Shown: positions 40,790 to 52,230, numbered from the stretch's first letter. The stretch: 64,000 nucleotides of DNA from IMGVR_UViG_3300050821_002957:124001-188000; one strand, 5' to 3'. The notes: a model not told the origin generated them from the sequence alone. A program made the numbers and translations.

Positions 40790-41767
40790 TTAGTATTGCT
40801 TTGCGTCTGGTGCGAACGGGCCAGCTTTGTGGTGAGCCATGAGTGAATCGTGATGTTGGACGCCTTTGGTAATGTGCGAGTGCATCGATTTCAAATCTGT
40901 ACCGCCATCATGAAATGCACCACCACGCCATGAGTGTTTATCAGGACGGCCCTTGTGTGTAGTCGTCACTAACTGGACACCTGATTTCCAATGATGATCT
41001 GGTTGATATGTATGGACAGTCGTTGCGCCTTTCTTCCATGTACTCTTATGTTCCAGACCAGCTTTTGTAGCTTCGTCGTGCCACGGATGACGTTCTTCTG
41101 GCTTTACATCTTTTGCATCGGTTAAGGTAGAATGGGCTTCGTTCATTTCTTCGTCCTCATTTCTAAGTCTACCAAATTCGATGTTTTTTTTGCGACGTTC
41201 AAGTGCCAAATCCCGAACTGCCTTTTGCTTCACAATTGGATCAGCACTCAACAAACTGGTGTTGATGTTCTTTCGCAAATTATAAAGTCTACGAATTTCC
41301 ATAAGACTTTCACCGTTCGGTCCAACTTCTTCGTGTAAACTGCGGAGATGATGTTGAAGATCACGAAGTGGAGTTGCATTACCGCCGACACCCCGTTTCT
41401 TTCCTGCCTTTACGTGATTCCAGCTACGATCATCACCAAAAGTTAGAGTATGACCGGATTCATGCTTCCAAGTGTTCGGCGAGCCTTTGACACGTTTGTA
41501 CTCGTGCTTTCTGGCGTGATGCTCCTGGCGTTCTTTGATGTGCGCCATACGCTCTGCTTTACGACTCTCTGCGGCTTCCTTCTTGGCGTGCAACTTCAAC
41601 AATGCTTTATACTTAGGATGTTTCGTGCCGTACTTTGAACTAGCCGACTTGATGTGACTTTTGAGAGTTTTGAGATCCCGAATTTCGTTCAGGTTCATTT
41701 CATCCAACAGGACGAGTTCTTGCAGTTCTTCCGCAAGCAATTGACCGAGTTCTTTAGCGTATGACAT
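40790..41767 (-). CDS. His/Lys-rich late protein, possibly virion-internal
   Basis: CTAAATA-N5-ATG start; strongly basic and His-rich. Confidence 0.6.
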   Translation of the reverse strand: MSYAKELGQLLAEELQELVLLDEMNLNEIRDLKTLKSHIKSASSKYGTKHPKYKALLKLHAKKEAAESRKAERMAHIKERQEHHARKHEYKRVKGSPNTWKHESGHTLTFGDDRSWNHVKAGKKRGVGGNATPLRDLQHHLRSLHEEVGPNGESLMEIRRLYNLRKNINTSLLSADPIVKQKAVRDLALERRKKNIEFGRLRNEDEEMNEAHSTLTDAKDVKPEERHPWHDEATKAGLEHKSTWKKGATTVHTYQPDHHWKSGVQLVTTTHKGRPDKHSWRGGAFHDGGTDLKSMHSHITKGVQHHDSLMAHHKAGPFAPDAKQY

Positions 41768-41820
41768 GTCTGTATTTAGAACAACTTGACAGAACCCAAA
41801 TTCGTGTTGAAATAGTTGGC

Positions 41821-42303
41821 ATGAGTCGTACAATTCCAGATTGGGACAGCTACTTCATGGGGATGCTTGAACCAATTTCTCGTCGTAGTAAAGATCCTAA
41901 TACACAGGTCGGATGTGTAATCACAGGATCAGATCACAACATTAGATCGACGGGGTTCAATAGCTTTCCACGAGGCATTCAAGACGATGTTCCTGAACGT
42001 CTTGAGAGGCCCGAGAAGTACTTTTGGATTGAACATGGAGACCGTAACGCAATTTATGCCGCCGCCAGAGTTGGAACACCACTACAAGGTTGCAAAATGT
42101 ACCTTACTGGTTTGCCATGTATGGATTGTGCCCGAGCCATTATTCAGGTGGGAATCGTCGAAGTAATCTATGATGGCAACCGACAAGACGAATGGGCAAA
42201 AACCACACCAAAATATGTACCAGATTTTGAGCGAGTAAAAATCTTGTTGCACGAGGCAGGTATTATACTGACCGAGTGGCGAGAGAGTCCATGTTCTTCA
42301 TAA
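41821..42303 (+). CDS. dCMP deaminase
   Basis: SKDPNTQVG, EHGDRNA and PCMDCARAIIQ motifs. Confidence 0.92.
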   Translation: MSRTIPDWDSYFMGMLEPISRRSKDPNTQVGCVITGSDHNIRSTGFNSFPRGIQDDVPERLERPEKYFWIEHGDRNAIYAAARVGTPLQGCKMYLTGLPCMDCARAIIQVGIVEVIYDGNRQDEWAKTTPKYVPDFERVKILLHEAGIILTEWRESPCSS

Positions 42304-42770
42304 CGGTCTTTCCATTGTTTGCTGCTTTTGTCGGTGGTGTTTTGGTGATTTATGCTGCGTTCCACAAATCTAACGAATCAGGAACCATCGAAGGCAAAAT
42401 TAGAAATCTTCGGGTGAGTCGGCCACTTTACAAGAACACCAAGCGAGCCGGGACACGGTTTGATTTTCAGGTCTGGGTGGAGAACAATTCCGGGCGTGAT
42501 GTCATATTCGGCTTTCCGACCATAGAAATCAATTTGAAAGACGGCAAGGTTCATGAATGGAAACTTCCTGACCAAATTGGATTCGTACCTAAAGAAAGTT
42601 ACGTACTAATTCCAAAAAGCAGAAGTGAATTCATCAGATTGTATCTTGATGATGTGGATCAATCGGCACTTGACCTGAAGTCGTTGTCGGTGAAAGTTAA
42701 GGATAATAAAGGAATGTTGTATGTTTTCATTGAGGAGTAAGAGACACCGCTAGACCGCTAAATAGTAGCG

Positions 42771-43064
42771 ATGGCAAGAACCACCAATCAACTGGCCGAA
42801 GGTTTCAGTTTCGCCGGAACGTTTCTCTTCTCGCAGAAAGCGGATGCTGAGGGCATAGCAGCAATGTTAGGTCTTCAGGGTGCCTTTCCGATGCAAACCG
42901 ATGAAGGTTTGTTTTGGATGCCCGGAACATCATACGACGAACTTCTTCAGCGCATCTATTCTGATTGGACGTTACCCGACAAAGCCACGGTTCCTCTAGC
43001 CCATCCTCAAGATCCAAACAGACTGACGTTTCTTGCTTACCTAGATACTCAGGGAGAGCAATAA
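42771..43064 (+). CDS. hypothetical late protein
   Basis: CTAAATA-N6-ATG start. Confidence 0.55.
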   Translation: MARTTNQLAEGFSFAGTFLFSQKADAEGIAAMLGLQGAFPMQTDEGLFWMPGTSYDELLQRIYSDWTLPDKATVPLAHPQDPNRLTFLAYLDTQGEQ

Positions 43065-43070
43065 AACTAT

Positions 43071-43349
43071 ATGCCAATTTACGAATACGGATGCTCCAAT
43101 TGCGAGACACTATTCGAGAAGATTCTGAAGATGAGTGAGATGGAAGAGCCTTTGCACAATCCATGTCCTGAATGTGGTTCCTTAGGGAGCATTACACAAG
43201 AGGTCACAGCGGCAAATTTCGGAGATCCCGTTCGCATGGGTCGAGTAAAACCCGATGCTGGATGGAATGATGTCTTGAAGAAGGTAAAGAGTGCTCACCC
43301 GAAAGGCAACTGGGGGAATAAGAAATTTACCCCGACGCAAGGGAGGTAA
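43071..43349 (+). CDS. FmdB-family zinc-ribbon protein
   Basis: MPIYEYGCSNC...CPECGS motif. Confidence 0.88.
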   Translation: MPIYEYGCSNCETLFEKILKMSEMEEPLHNPCPECGSLGSITQEVTAANFGDPVRMGRVKPDAGWNDVLKKVKSAHPKGNWGNKKFTPTQGR

Positions 43350-43388
43350 TGAGCACAGTTAGAAATTAATTTTAGGAGAACGCAAGGA

Positions 43389-44144
43389 ATGTCCAAGCGC
43401 AAAAGAACGGCAAACGGCGACCAACACAACAACCAGTCGCTAGACCAGAGTTTCAGATTGAAGAAGATTTCTCCGATGACCGATACGCAATCCGACGTAT
43501 TCGATGCGTATTCAGAGGATTTGAATCTTTTCTTGTACGGCTGCGCCGGAACGGGAAAAACATTCATCTCGCTCTATCTTGCTTTAAAAGAAGTTCTGAA
43601 TCCAAATTCGCCATATCGCAAGGTTTACATGGTGAGGTCGTCTGTGCCTTCCCGAGACATGGGCTTCATGCCGGGTAACAAGCAAGAGAAGATGGCTGTC
43701 TACGAAGCTCCTTACATTGCGATGGTCAACACATTGTTTGGTCGGGGTGATGCCTATCAAGTTGCCGTCCAAAAAGGTGCTTTTGAAATGCTTTCGACAT
43801 CCTTCATGAGAGGCGCAACGCTTGAAAATTGTATTGTGATCGCCGACGAAGTTCAAAATTATTCCTTCCAGGAGCTTGATACCCTTGTCACCAGACCGGG
43901 ACAAAACTGCCGTATGATCATGTGCGGCGACGTAGAACAGTGTGATTTGATCCGTAACAAGTACGATACTACTGGTTTGCCTCAGTTCATGAAGATCGTT
44001 GATTTGATGGAGTCTTTTGAGTTTATCGAGTTCATGCCGCAGGACATCGTTCGTTCGGGTTTTGTCAAAGAATATATAATGGCAAAGCGTAAGGTTGAAC
44101 ACGGTGAGACATCAGAATTTCTCCCGTCCGAGGAACCAGCATAA
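43389..44144 (+). CDS. phoH: PhoH-like ATPase
   Basis: GCAGTGKT, FMRGAT, DEVQN and DIVRSG motifs. Confidence 0.95.
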   Translation: MSKRKRTANGDQHNNQSLDQSFRLKKISPMTDTQSDVFDAYSEDLNLFLYGCAGTGKTFISLYLALKEVLNPNSPYRKVYMVRSSVPSRDMGFMPGNKQEKMAVYEAPYIAMVNTLFGRGDAYQVAVQKGAFEMLSTSFMRGATLENCIVIADEVQNYSFQELDTLVTRPGQNCRMIMCGDVEQCDLIRNKYDTTGLPQFMKIVDLMESFEFIEFMPQDIVRSGFVKEYIMAKRKVEHGETSEFLPSEEPA

Positions 44145-45137
44145 ATTATGGAATATTATTGCCCATCATGTCGAGATTGGTTCGACACCACATACTGTGC
44201 ATCACACTATGAAAGTGTTCACGGTCAGTCTGACGTAACATTTGAAAAGTTGAGACAACGCATGAAAGTGGTTGGTGGGTTAGACGTTAGAGACGAAAAA
44301 GAGGCCGCACTTGAAGAAGAGGAGCGGCCCGTTTTCGTGACAAATAATTTCAGACATCAATTGTAGAGATAGAGGAACATATGACAACAATCGCAACATA
44401 CAATCAAGCTCGTTCGCTGGCACATGCCCTTGGAGAGTTTAATATCGGCATAAAGCCTGAAACCTTCGAGATGACAACCTCTGGAATCTACATTCCTCGT
44501 TGGATAGGTTATAGCCGGATTCCTCATGAATTCGATCCTATCACTGGTGTCGCTCAATGGTATTTCTTTTTCCGTTTTGTCAACACAGCAACCGCCGATC
44601 TCAATGTCGGAGAAGCTCTTGACTTCCAAAACGGAAAACCGTCTGGCGCTCGTGGAATGGCTGCATTGGTCAACAAGATCAAGTCAAACGTTCGTGTCGT
44701 AAAACCGTAACTTGACGTTTTGAGATTGTGCGGTATGTTAGGATTATGCCGCCAACACGAAGACTTGAAGCACGAGATACACCACTACTCGGTATTGCCA
44801 AACTTTCTGAAGGTGTTCCTCGCATTGTTGAAATTTTAGACAATCTGTTCAAATATGCTTCGATGATCGATCCCTACTCTATTTTGGGTGGGGCGGCGTA
44901 TCTTGTCTATTTGGATGAATTAGGAATCTATTGTAGTGACATCGGAGCTTTGTTTAGGCGTTGCAACCAAAATGTTCTGGAGATGGCAACCGTATTACGT
45001 GCCTATCAATTGGGCATTCTGACTGACACCGAAATTCGTTCAGTTATTGATTCTAAACATGGATTTAATACTCAGGCTCTTTTTACCGCCGTCCAAGCGG
45101 AATTGCCGGGTTTTGGACAAATGTCCATACAGAAAGA

Positions 45138-45808
45138 TGAATAAGACTTTTACTCATCTACCACTGCAAACTCCTCTTCCTGAGCTTTCCGCAGACACTA
45201 CAGACCACGGACGTTTTTATACTACACCGGCAGGAAACGTTTATCCTTCTATCACCACAGTCCTTTCTGTATTGAGCAAAGAACACATTGGTAAGTGGAA
45301 AGAAAAAGTCGGCGAGATCCAGGCTAAAGAAATTTCAGAACACGCTTCCAATCGAGGAACGGAGCTTCATGCAATTTTAGAGTCGTATCTCAATAATGAA
45401 GAATTGATTTTTCCGACTGATCCCAAAAGCAAAGTGCGGATCATGTTCAATCGCATGAAACGTGTCTTGAACAACGTCGATAACGTCATAGCTCAAGAAG
45501 TTCCATTGTATTCTGATGAACTTGGTATTGCAGGCCGGTGTGACGTGATCGCTGAATGGATCAAGAAATTGTCCATCATCGATTTTAAAGGATCGACCAA
45601 GGCAAAGAAGGTCGATTGGATCTCTGGTTATTTTATGCAAGCGACCGGCTACTCTCTTATGTTTGAAGAACGTACCGGGATTAAGATCGACCAAATTGTA
45701 ATTTTGATGTCGGGGGAAGATGACTTCTCTTGTCAGGTGTTTGTTGAAGATCGAGAGAAATTCATTGAACCTCTGAAAGAGACCATTGCACTATTTCACA
45801 AACAATGA
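45138..45808 (+). CDS. PD-(D/E)xK exonuclease (Cas4-like phage exonuclease)
   Basis: YPSITTVL, RGTELH, AGRCD, IIDFKGS and YFMQ motifs. Confidence 0.88.
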
Positions 45809-46251
45809 GCAACCACACTCTTACGTACAAAGAAATCATGAACATTCCAGCGGGACGCATCATGAATACATTTATCAATGAATACGTCCTTGGTCAACAT
45901 CCAGAACGCTGGAGCAATGGACAACAAAAGGAGATCAGAGTCCATTGGTTTGAAGAGCATCCTCGTGCGTGCGCTGAGGATGACGGGGGCTACTGCTCTG
46001 CGGATAGCATATCAAAATTCAGCACGGACATTTCGGCAGCAATGGCACTGGCAAACGTACTATTTGGAAAAACCTTGACAACCAAGACCATCACAGATAA
46101 AGATGCGACGGTCGTCAATCAATGGGCCACGTTTTCAAATGTAGGATTTGGAGATCCTAACTACAACTGGAAGCAGGCGTGGGCAGTCGGAGAAACGATG
46201 GCTTTAGCAATATGTAGAGCCGCATTACTAGCAGTATAACTATTAACAACT

Positions 46252-47418
46252 ATGAAACTCATCTCAAAACTCACAGCAATTCTCGCCCTGTTTACAGCAG
46301 CGGCATTCGCACAACAGACGTATCCATTCACTCTCTCTCCAAATGGTGGTGTTTCGGCTACTCTGAACAAGTACACATCTCCTAGCATCGTTCAAATTCC
46401 GACGCCCGTAGTCGTATCTCTGGCAAGTGGTGTTGTCGGCAATCACGTCGTCAGTGTCAACATGCCGCCGACTGTCGATGTCAACGGAAACATCAATACA
46501 GCGATGTTCAGCTTTACAATTACCAACGCTGATGGTTCCTATAACGGATCACAAGGTTTGGTTCTTGGATCAGGTGGCCCTACATCAGTCTATTTGAATG
46601 TCAACGTTGCTCTTCTACCGGCTACCTCGGGTCAACCTCTTGGTATTCCAATGTACGTCACGGATGCTTCGTCGGGATTGACATCAGCAATCTTTTTCTA
46701 CATCACCAATGTGGATGGTCGCACTTACGTCTACCCAGCGTCGAATGTTCGGGCACTCCCACACGTTGCAAGTGGTGTAGGTTGGCAGACAATCGTAGAG
46801 TTCACAAATCAGAATTCTTCAAACACTCAGGTTCGTGTTGACTTCTCTGATCAATCTGGAAATCCTTTGGCGCTGCACTTAGCTGACGGTCGCCAAGCAT
46901 CTTCCATTTACGAAGACATCAATGCTCATGGAAATGCAAGTATCACTATCGCCGATTCAGCCGCAACCTCGACGATCATTGCAACCGCTTTGGTCACTCC
47001 AACGATTGGTTTTCCAGTTGGCGTTACTGAAATTTTCAATACGACAAACGTTCCGCATTCGGCTGGTGTTGCGGCACAGCTTATCAATACCGATAGTTTG
47101 ACATTCTTTTATGACACAACCAACGGCAATGCAATTGGTCTGGCTCTTCTCAATTCGTTGAACTATGCCGAACCGTTGACATTGACCTACTACGATCAGT
47201 TCGGAAATCAACTGGCACAGACTACAGAGACATTGTGCGCCGGATGCCAGATCGCTCGTACACTCACCGCAGCAGTCGTTCCTGCTATTCAAGGTAAGAC
47301 TGGCACGATCACAGCATCCTTCCCGGCTGGTTTTTCGGCAATGACTGGAATTGCTTTCCGTTTTGATTCTAATTTCTTCTTCATTCCGATTCTTCCTATC
47401 ACCAACACAATTCAGTAA
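46252..47418 (+). CDS. secreted beta-rich protein, Acidobacteria-type
   Basis: Signal peptide; LPHVASGVGWQTIVEFTN and GLALLN patterns. Confidence 0.65.
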   Translation: MKLISKLTAILALFTAAAFAQQTYPFTLSPNGGVSATLNKYTSPSIVQIPTPVVVSLASGVVGNHVVSVNMPPTVDVNGNINTAMFSFTITNADGSYNGSQGLVLGSGGPTSVYLNVNVALLPATSGQPLGIPMYVTDASSGLTSAIFFYITNVDGRTYVYPASNVRALPHVASGVGWQTIVEFTNQNSSNTQVRVDFSDQSGNPLALHLADGRQASSIYEDINAHGNASITIADSAATSTIIATALVTPTIGFPVGVTEIFNTTNVPHSAGVAAQLINTDSLTFFYDTTNGNAIGLALLNSLNYAEPLTLTYYDQFGNQLAQTTETLCAGCQIARTLTAAVVPAIQGKTGTITASFPAGFSAMTGIAFRFDSNFFFIPILPITNTIQ

Positions 47419-47457
47419 AAAGGAAATGGGACGTTCTTCGGAGCGTCCCAAACTTTC

Positions 47458-47841
47458 ATGGGATATTACACAAAATTTTGGTTGACTATCGAACAAGGTC
47501 TCATTGATGATTTCGGGAAGGTTTATGATCTTCTCAGTAAAATTGTGACGGATGGACAAGGTTCTCCGTTTTATTACGAAGCCGACAGCGATCAACTCAG
47601 TAGTGATGACACCATGACTTGGTACGATCATGATGAAGACTGTGCCGAAATGTCAAAGTCATTTCCTGATGTCACATTTTGCCTGGAAGGTCAAGGTGAA
47701 GAAGCCAGTGATACTTGGAAAAGTTATTATCGAAATGGTTTAATGCAAATCAGTCGGGCGATCATTACGTATCCACCATTTGATCCAACAAAGCTGAAGT
47801 CAGTATTTGAGGCTCAATCAAATGACAACGGACGACCTTAA
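47458..47841 (+). CDS. hypothetical phage protein
   Basis: MGYYTKF...WY...GEE motif. Confidence 0.6.
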   Translation: MGYYTKFWLTIEQGLIDDFGKVYDLLSKIVTDGQGSPFYYEADSDQLSSDDTMTWYDHDEDCAEMSKSFPDVTFCLEGQGEEASDTWKSYYRNGLMQISRAIITYPPFDPTKLKSVFEAQSNDNGRP

Positions 47842-47871
47842 AGCAAAATCATTAAAAACGGGAATTAAACA

Positions 47872-48267
47872 ATGCCTATCACCGATCTTTGGCTCGACGA
47901 TGATCCAAGAAGAAAACTTCCCATCTGTGGAATTAGCTGGACATGGGTGCGTACCGCCGATGAAGCCATACTAGCTCTCCAGACTGGCACTGTAGAATTT
48001 GCCTCGCTCGATCATGATCTGGCTGACGAACATTACGTCAAGTTTTTTGAAGCTGAAGAAAATGGCACAGAACTAGACACATCCGACTGCAAAGAACGAA
48101 CCGGATATGACGTTCTCCTGTGGATGCGAGAGAACAATGTCTGGCCCTCTGAAGGTGTCCGAATCCACACAATGAATACCGTCAGAAAACCCATTATGTT
48201 GGCAATGGTCTACGAGCATTATGGGCGCACTTTTCAATATCAATACGCCGGGACGCACAATGTCTAA
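47872..48267 (+). CDS. cyclic-phosphate-processing receiver domain protein
   Basis: LWLDDD.R, SLDHDL, TGYDVLLW and IHTMN motifs. Confidence 0.8.
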   Translation: MPITDLWLDDDPRRKLPICGISWTWVRTADEAILALQTGTVEFASLDHDLADEHYVKFFEAEENGTELDTSDCKERTGYDVLLWMRENNVWPSEGVRIHTMNTVRKPIMLAMVYEHYGRTFQYQYAGTHNV

Positions 48268-48314
48268 CAACTTGACAAATAAGGGAAATTTTTGATAGAA
48301 TGGGTTCTGAAAAA

Positions 48315-48887
48315 ATGGTAAGAAAAATCGGTCTCGCCGGAAAAAGCGGAAGCGGAAAAGATGTGGTGGCCGACTATTTAGGAGACCGCTACAGCTACAA
48401 GAAAATTGCTGTTGCCGATGCGATCCGTAATGAAGTAGCTGACTTTTTTGATCATGCATTAGGATCGTGGTTTACCCACATTCCCGGATTCGTCACTGTC
48501 ATCAAAGCATTCAAAGGCATGGTCTGGGAAAAACCTACACACTCAGCCATGCGTGTTCTGTTACAGTGGTGGGGTACAGAATATCGTCGTTCACAAGATC
48601 CTGATTACTGGACCAAAAAACTAGCTGCTCGTCTTGACAATAATGAATGGATAGTTGTATCTGATGTTCGTACACCCGAAGAAATGCGTGTAATTCGTGA
48701 AGCTGGTGGCGAAGTTTGGTTTGTATCTCGTCCTGGTGTTGCGCCGGTCGGAATTCCGAATCATTACACCGAAGTCGCCTTAGAGGGTGCAACGTTCGAT
48801 CAAACAATTTTGAATGACGGAACCTTAGAAGATTTGTTCCAACTTGTTGATTGGAAAGCAGATAGTTTCTGTAATTGCAAGTCCTAG
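48315..48887 (+). CDS. deoxynucleoside monophosphate kinase
   Basis: IGLAGKSGSGKD, LLQWWGTE and VSDVR motifs. Confidence 0.9.
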   Translation: MVRKIGLAGKSGSGKDVVADYLGDRYSYKKIAVADAIRNEVADFFDHALGSWFTHIPGFVTVIKAFKGMVWEKPTHSAMRVLLQWWGTEYRRSQDPDYWTKKLAARLDNNEWIVVSDVRTPEEMRVIREAGGEVWFVSRPGVAPVGIPNHYTEVALEGATFDQTILNDGTLEDLFQLVDWKADSFCNCKS

Positions 48888-48957
48888 TACTTTAGTCCAA
48901 TTGATGTATCTCTTGGGGTATGCTAGAGTGGTTTCCAGTGTGGAGACACTCTTTTCA

Positions 48958-49632
48958 ATGAAGACTATCAAACTGTTTTTCGCAACTATTTTTCTTGCCT
49001 TGGCTTCTAATGCCGTTGCAAGCTCTGTAACCATCGACTTCACTGCGCTACCCGGTCAGACCGCTGGTGGTGAGTACGTCGGCTTCTCACAGGCGACGAT
49101 CATCACGCCGACTCAGACCTTCACCAATTTCGATCTGATCTGTGACGATTTCGAGCATACGACCAACATGCCAAGCGGCCCGTTCACTTACGATGTATCG
49201 ACGCTGCCTACGTTGTCGAACGTTCGTTGGACGCAATCACCGGAACTAATGGACTATGAATTGGCGGCAATCATCGTCTACACTTTCAACGGACTTGGTT
49301 CTGGTCAGAGTGCAGCCGCAGGAGCTTATAACTTTGCTTTGTGGGACCTGTTCGATCCGTCTGCTCCGACCTTTACGGGATCGGCGGCAGTATTGAGTGC
49401 AGCGCAGACTCAGTACAATCTGGGCGCAAGCAATGCCGCAAACATTCATGCGTACAATCAGATTCAAATCTTCACTCCGGTGGGCGATTCTGCCAGCAAC
49501 CAGGAGTTCTTGGGACTCTCTGGTACGCCGATTGGTGGGCCGCAGACACCTGAGCCTACCTCGATGCTTTTGTTGGGGTCTGGTCTGGTGTTCTTCGGCG
49601 TGATCGGTCGCAAGCGTCTCGCCAAACAGTAA
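48958..49632 (+). CDS. PEP-CTERM sorting-domain surface protein
   Basis: Signal peptide; C-terminal TPEPTSMLLLGSGLVFFGVIGRKR. Confidence 0.9.
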   Translation: MKTIKLFFATIFLALASNAVASSVTIDFTALPGQTAGGEYVGFSQATIITPTQTFTNFDLICDDFEHTTNMPSGPFTYDVSTLPTLSNVRWTQSPELMDYELAAIIVYTFNGLGSGQSAAAGAYNFALWDLFDPSAPTFTGSAAVLSAAQTQYNLGASNAANIHAYNQIQIFTPVGDSASNQEFLGLSGTPIGGPQTPEPTSMLLLGSGLVFFGVIGRKRLAKQ

Positions 49633-49645
49633 TTGGTGTGATATA

Positions 49646-50242
49646 ATGGCGAATGTGATGACCAAAGAAGAGCTTGACCGACGCATTAAAGAGCGAGCGC
49701 CTCATAGTGAAGCAGTCCGTGAAGGCATGGAGCTTGTCGAGCGAGCACGCACATTCGCCATTAAAAATCACGGTGACCAAAAGTATGACACCGAACCCTA
49801 TTCAGTGCATCTTGACGCCGTAGAGAACGTTCTAATCGAATTTGACCACATTTCCTCAGTCTTACGTGCGGCAGCGTGGCTTCATGATCTTGTCGAAGAC
49901 ACGAATGTTTCCCAGGCCGAAATCGACATCGAATTTCCTGGCTATGTTGCATTGATCGTTGGTGCTGTTACTTCAGAACCAGGGAAAAATCGTCGTGAAC
50001 GAAACATTAAGACGTATCCAAAGATCGCACAGTACCCCGAAGCAATCATTCTCAAATTGGCCGACCGCATTGCAAACGTCCGCAACTGCATCGCCACTCA
50101 AAGCGATTTGTTGAACATGTACCGCAAAGAGTATCCTGCCTTTCGTCTTGCGTTGAAAAGCGATAATCCCGACGTAAAACGGATGTGGTGGTATCTTGAT
50201 TTCCTAATGAGTTACAATGACGACAGCAAACAAAGCCAATAG
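49646..50242 (+). CDS. HD-domain hydrolase (Mesh1/SpoT-like small alarmone hydrolase)
   Basis: H.DQ..PY..H, AAWLHDLVEDT and LKLADRIAN motifs. Confidence 0.85.
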   Translation: MANVMTKEELDRRIKERAPHSEAVREGMELVERARTFAIKNHGDQKYDTEPYSVHLDAVENVLIEFDHISSVLRAAAWLHDLVEDTNVSQAEIDIEFPGYVALIVGAVTSEPGKNRRERNIKTYPKIAQYPEAIILKLADRIANVRNCIATQSDLLNMYRKEYPAFRLALKSDNPDVKRMWWYLDFLMSYNDDSKQSQ

Positions 50243-50484
50243 AATAATCTTTCTTGCACGTACCAGCGAAACACGAACACGTCAAGCCATGATCGATGCC
50301 AAGATCACATTGGCAGGCGTGGAGGCAATGTATGATGCTTGGGTTCGTGAGTATAACAGTGATCCTGACAACTTCGAGCCGGGACCGGGATTTCATCGAC
50401 CCAATCCGTACAATGTCGAAAATGCACAAGAACAAGTAAAGCGAGCAGAAGAAGCCTATAACGAAGCACGAGAGACACTGGAAT

Positions 50485-50940
50485 TTGCAACTGATGAATT
50501 TGTTCGCCGCCTTGTCTGACGAAGAAGAGCCTCCGGTTACACGTCTAGTCAACATCCGAAAGAAAAAAGATAGCATTTGGTACACCTGTGATGTTAGAAT
50601 AGATCGAGGTAGCTATTGGGGAAATCCTTTCAGTCATCTTCGAGCGAGTGCCGCTAAGTATCTTGTGGCGACCAGGAAAGAAGCCATCGAGAGTTATCGA
50701 GACTATGTTTTATCTCGCCCGGACATGATGGCTAGATTGGGTGAACTTAAAGGAAAGACGTTAGGGTGTTGGTGTGTATCAAAACCTTGGACCTTTGGTG
50801 ATTCGCCGCCAGAGGACTATGTGTGTCATGGACAAATTCTGATACAATTGATGCATGGATCGGCGCACACTAGCAGCGATTGGAATGAAACTGGAAGAAG
50901 GAAGACTGAAGATGGCGGCAGCGAAGAAAAAGAAGTCTGA
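50485..50940 (+). CDS. DUF4326 protein
   Basis: IDRGSYWGNPF, LKGKTLGCWC and CHGQIL motifs. Confidence 0.85.
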   Translation: MQLMNLFAALSDEEEPPVTRLVNIRKKKDSIWYTCDVRIDRGSYWGNPFSHLRASAAKYLVATRKEAIESYRDYVLSRPDMMARLGELKGKTLGCWCVSKPWTFGDSPPEDYVCHGQILIQLMHGSAHTSSDWNETGRRKTEDGGSEEKEV

Positions 50941-51292
50941 AGTCAAAACGGAGTCATACAACGAATTCCGAGAGCGAGTTCTGACTGTCTGTGCTCGTGA
51001 AGCGCCGGATCAAGCGATCACTGAGGTCAGCACAAATACTGTAAGAAAAACGGTTCTGTACTATACGAACCCGGCCAAAAACAGTGACAAGGTTTACATC
51101 GCCGAAATCCTTAAGAGTAAAACATCGACTTTGTACGACGTTGTTTTTCAGTACGGAAGACGGGGCGGAACTTTGAAAGATGGCTTCAAAAAACGGAGTG
51201 TCGTGTGGTCCGAAGCGTTTCATGCCTACAACAAAGTGCTCGACGAGAAATTGAAAGAAGGATATACCCAAGACATTAAGGGTGGTTTATGA
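50885..51292 (+). CDS. WGR-domain protein
   Basis: SDKVY, QYGRRG and EKLKEGY motifs. Confidence 0.75.
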   Translation: MKLEEGRLKMAAAKKKKSEVKTESYNEFRERVLTVCAREAPDQAITEVSTNTVRKTVLYYTNPAKNSDKVYIAEILKSKTSTLYDVVFQYGRRGGTLKDGFKKRSVVWSEAFHAYNKVLDEKLKEGYTQDIKGGL

Positions 51293-51693
51293 AAAAATGC
51301 GTTAATTGCGGTCAAAACGACGCTAAGGCCGACTCTGTAATTTGTCAAGCGTGTGAGAACAGCGCTGCTGGATTACCTAAAGAATTTGCCGATCAAGTCA
51401 AAGAATATGGCCGGATGATGAAAGAGTCGATGGACAAATGCGAAGCTGCTTGTGGCGTCGGATCTGGTTGTGTTAAAATTGGCAACTGTATGGCTCATGC
51501 TCCAGGTTGTAAAAATGGTATTGGAAGTCATTTCTAAAATGAGCTACGACACGAAATGGCTGCTTTGTTTCTTGGTTGTGTTGGCCTCTGCAATCGTAAT
51601 TGATTGTACTCCTAACCTTTTGATTCAGAGTGTGTCGGGATGTGCCGGTATTGTCGCAACCGGATTTGTGCTGTATAATTATTATAAGTCATT

Positions 51694-52230
51694 ATGAGCC
51701 TGTTTCTCAGAGCATTGGTGCGTAGCGAAGGCAAGAGTTGCGAAGGCAAACTCAAGTATCCTCGTGAGGACTCTGCTGTCCGTAATGCTCTCGCAATGAC
51801 CGAAAAGAAAAAGAAGCTCCACGCTGCCGAGGGCCGGGAGTCAACCGAATTTTTTGAGACGTACAAATGCAACTTTTGTGACGGCTGGCATATCGGTCAC
51901 CAAACCAACTTCGATTGGATTCCACAGTCACACCGGGCGCAGCATTTGATGATGAATAAGTACGAGTGCTTCAGCAAAATCGATGAAGTCGTGTGTGGCA
52001 AAATTTGGATCAGCAACACAGTTTTCTCGAATCGAATTCTGGAGCATTTTCCGAACGTCAAAGATGAAATGGAGCGTCTTGTTATTTGTCCGAAATGCAA
52101 AGGAACACTGTACAAGAATCATGGCCGTCTTTGGGTGAATCTGGAGACGATCAACCCAGAATCCACTGAAACCATCGAAGCACTTTGGGCCAAACAAGAT
52201 GTATCTGTTGACAATCTCGCCGAATCGTGA
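51694..52230 (+). CDS. hypothetical zinc-finger protein
   Basis: YKCNFCDGWHIGH motif. Confidence 0.6.
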   Translation: MSLFLRALVRSEGKSCEGKLKYPREDSAVRNALAMTEKKKKLHAAEGRESTEFFETYKCNFCDGWHIGHQTNFDWIPQSHRAQHLMMNKYECFSKIDEVVCGKIWISNTVFSNRILEHFPNVKDEMERLVICPKCKGTLYKNHGRLWVNLETINPESTETIEALWAKQDVSVDNLAES

